From NCBI GenBank assembly GCA_039179045.1, contig JBCDEZ010000020.1, positions 1 through 25,299 of the forward strand: a DNA stretch of 25,299 nucleotides. Direction: 5' to 3'. Source of the DNA: Chlamydiota bacterium. GTDB taxonomy: Bacteria > Chlamydiota > Chlamydiia > Chlamydiales > SM23-39. Position numbers and translations under genes: made by a program. Below are positions 25,157 through 25,299 of the stretch, in pieces; the stretch's first letter is position 1; the number at the start of each line of letters is the position of its first letter. Below the pieces are notes generated by a model that was given only the letters and a program-made list of their open reading frames with translations, was not told the origin of the DNA and searched no databases.

Positions 25157-25299
25157 GACCTTGTTGAAAAAATCAGATTTTCAGACCAACTAGGACTATC
25201 CTTGAAAGTTTTCTAGCTCTCAGTTCTCATCATTTGATTCATCATCAGGCATTTTAAGTAACCTTCTACTCTTTGAGTACTTGGTTTTCTTGAGTAGAA
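25157..25299 (-). mobile_element. 3' end of an IS5-family (IS903 group) element, inverted relative to the copy at the window start
   Basis: IR GACCTTGTTGAAAAAATCAG; the minus strand translates as FYSRKPSTQRVEGYLKCLMMNQMMRTES*; closely similar to 132-271. Confidence 0.82.

Overview
This window looks like a chlamydial (Chlamydiota, probably environmental-lineage) chromosomal segment, and possibly a whole contig broken at repeats. The core gene order is yebC - GNAT(s) - prfB - SWIB - ispD - truA - HAD phosphatase - ctcB/atoS - ctcC/atoC, which matches my recollection of the Chlamydia trachomatis CT457-CT468 region. Extra genes are an LRR protein, a DedA/TVP38 plus CDP-alcohol phosphatidyltransferase pair, a SprT-like HExxH protein, an Inc-like coiled-coil protein, a plant-UGP3-like UDP-glucose pyrophosphorylase, a thioredoxin-reductase-like gene interrupted by an in-frame TAG, an orphan coiled-coil protein, a coupled hpf - HsdR_N nuclease - Maf glycosyltransferase operon, ychJ, tRNA-Leu(CAA) and tRNA-Arg(TCG). 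prfB has the classic +1 programmed frameshift. Both ends carry inverted 3' ends of an IS903-group IS5 element. The last 3 kb is a nested set of decayed IS elements (IS5, a MITE-like insert, three IS630 left ends, IS903) around one intact membrane-protein gene, and an ISKra4-like remnant lies upstream of ctcB. I found no CRISPR array or recognisable defence system. The best leads are the hpf-nuclease-Maf operon, the UGP3-like gene with overlapping divergent promoters and a possible ncRNA, the amber-interrupted trxB-like gene, and the effector-like orphans. All family calls come from motif recognition by eye; no searches were run.
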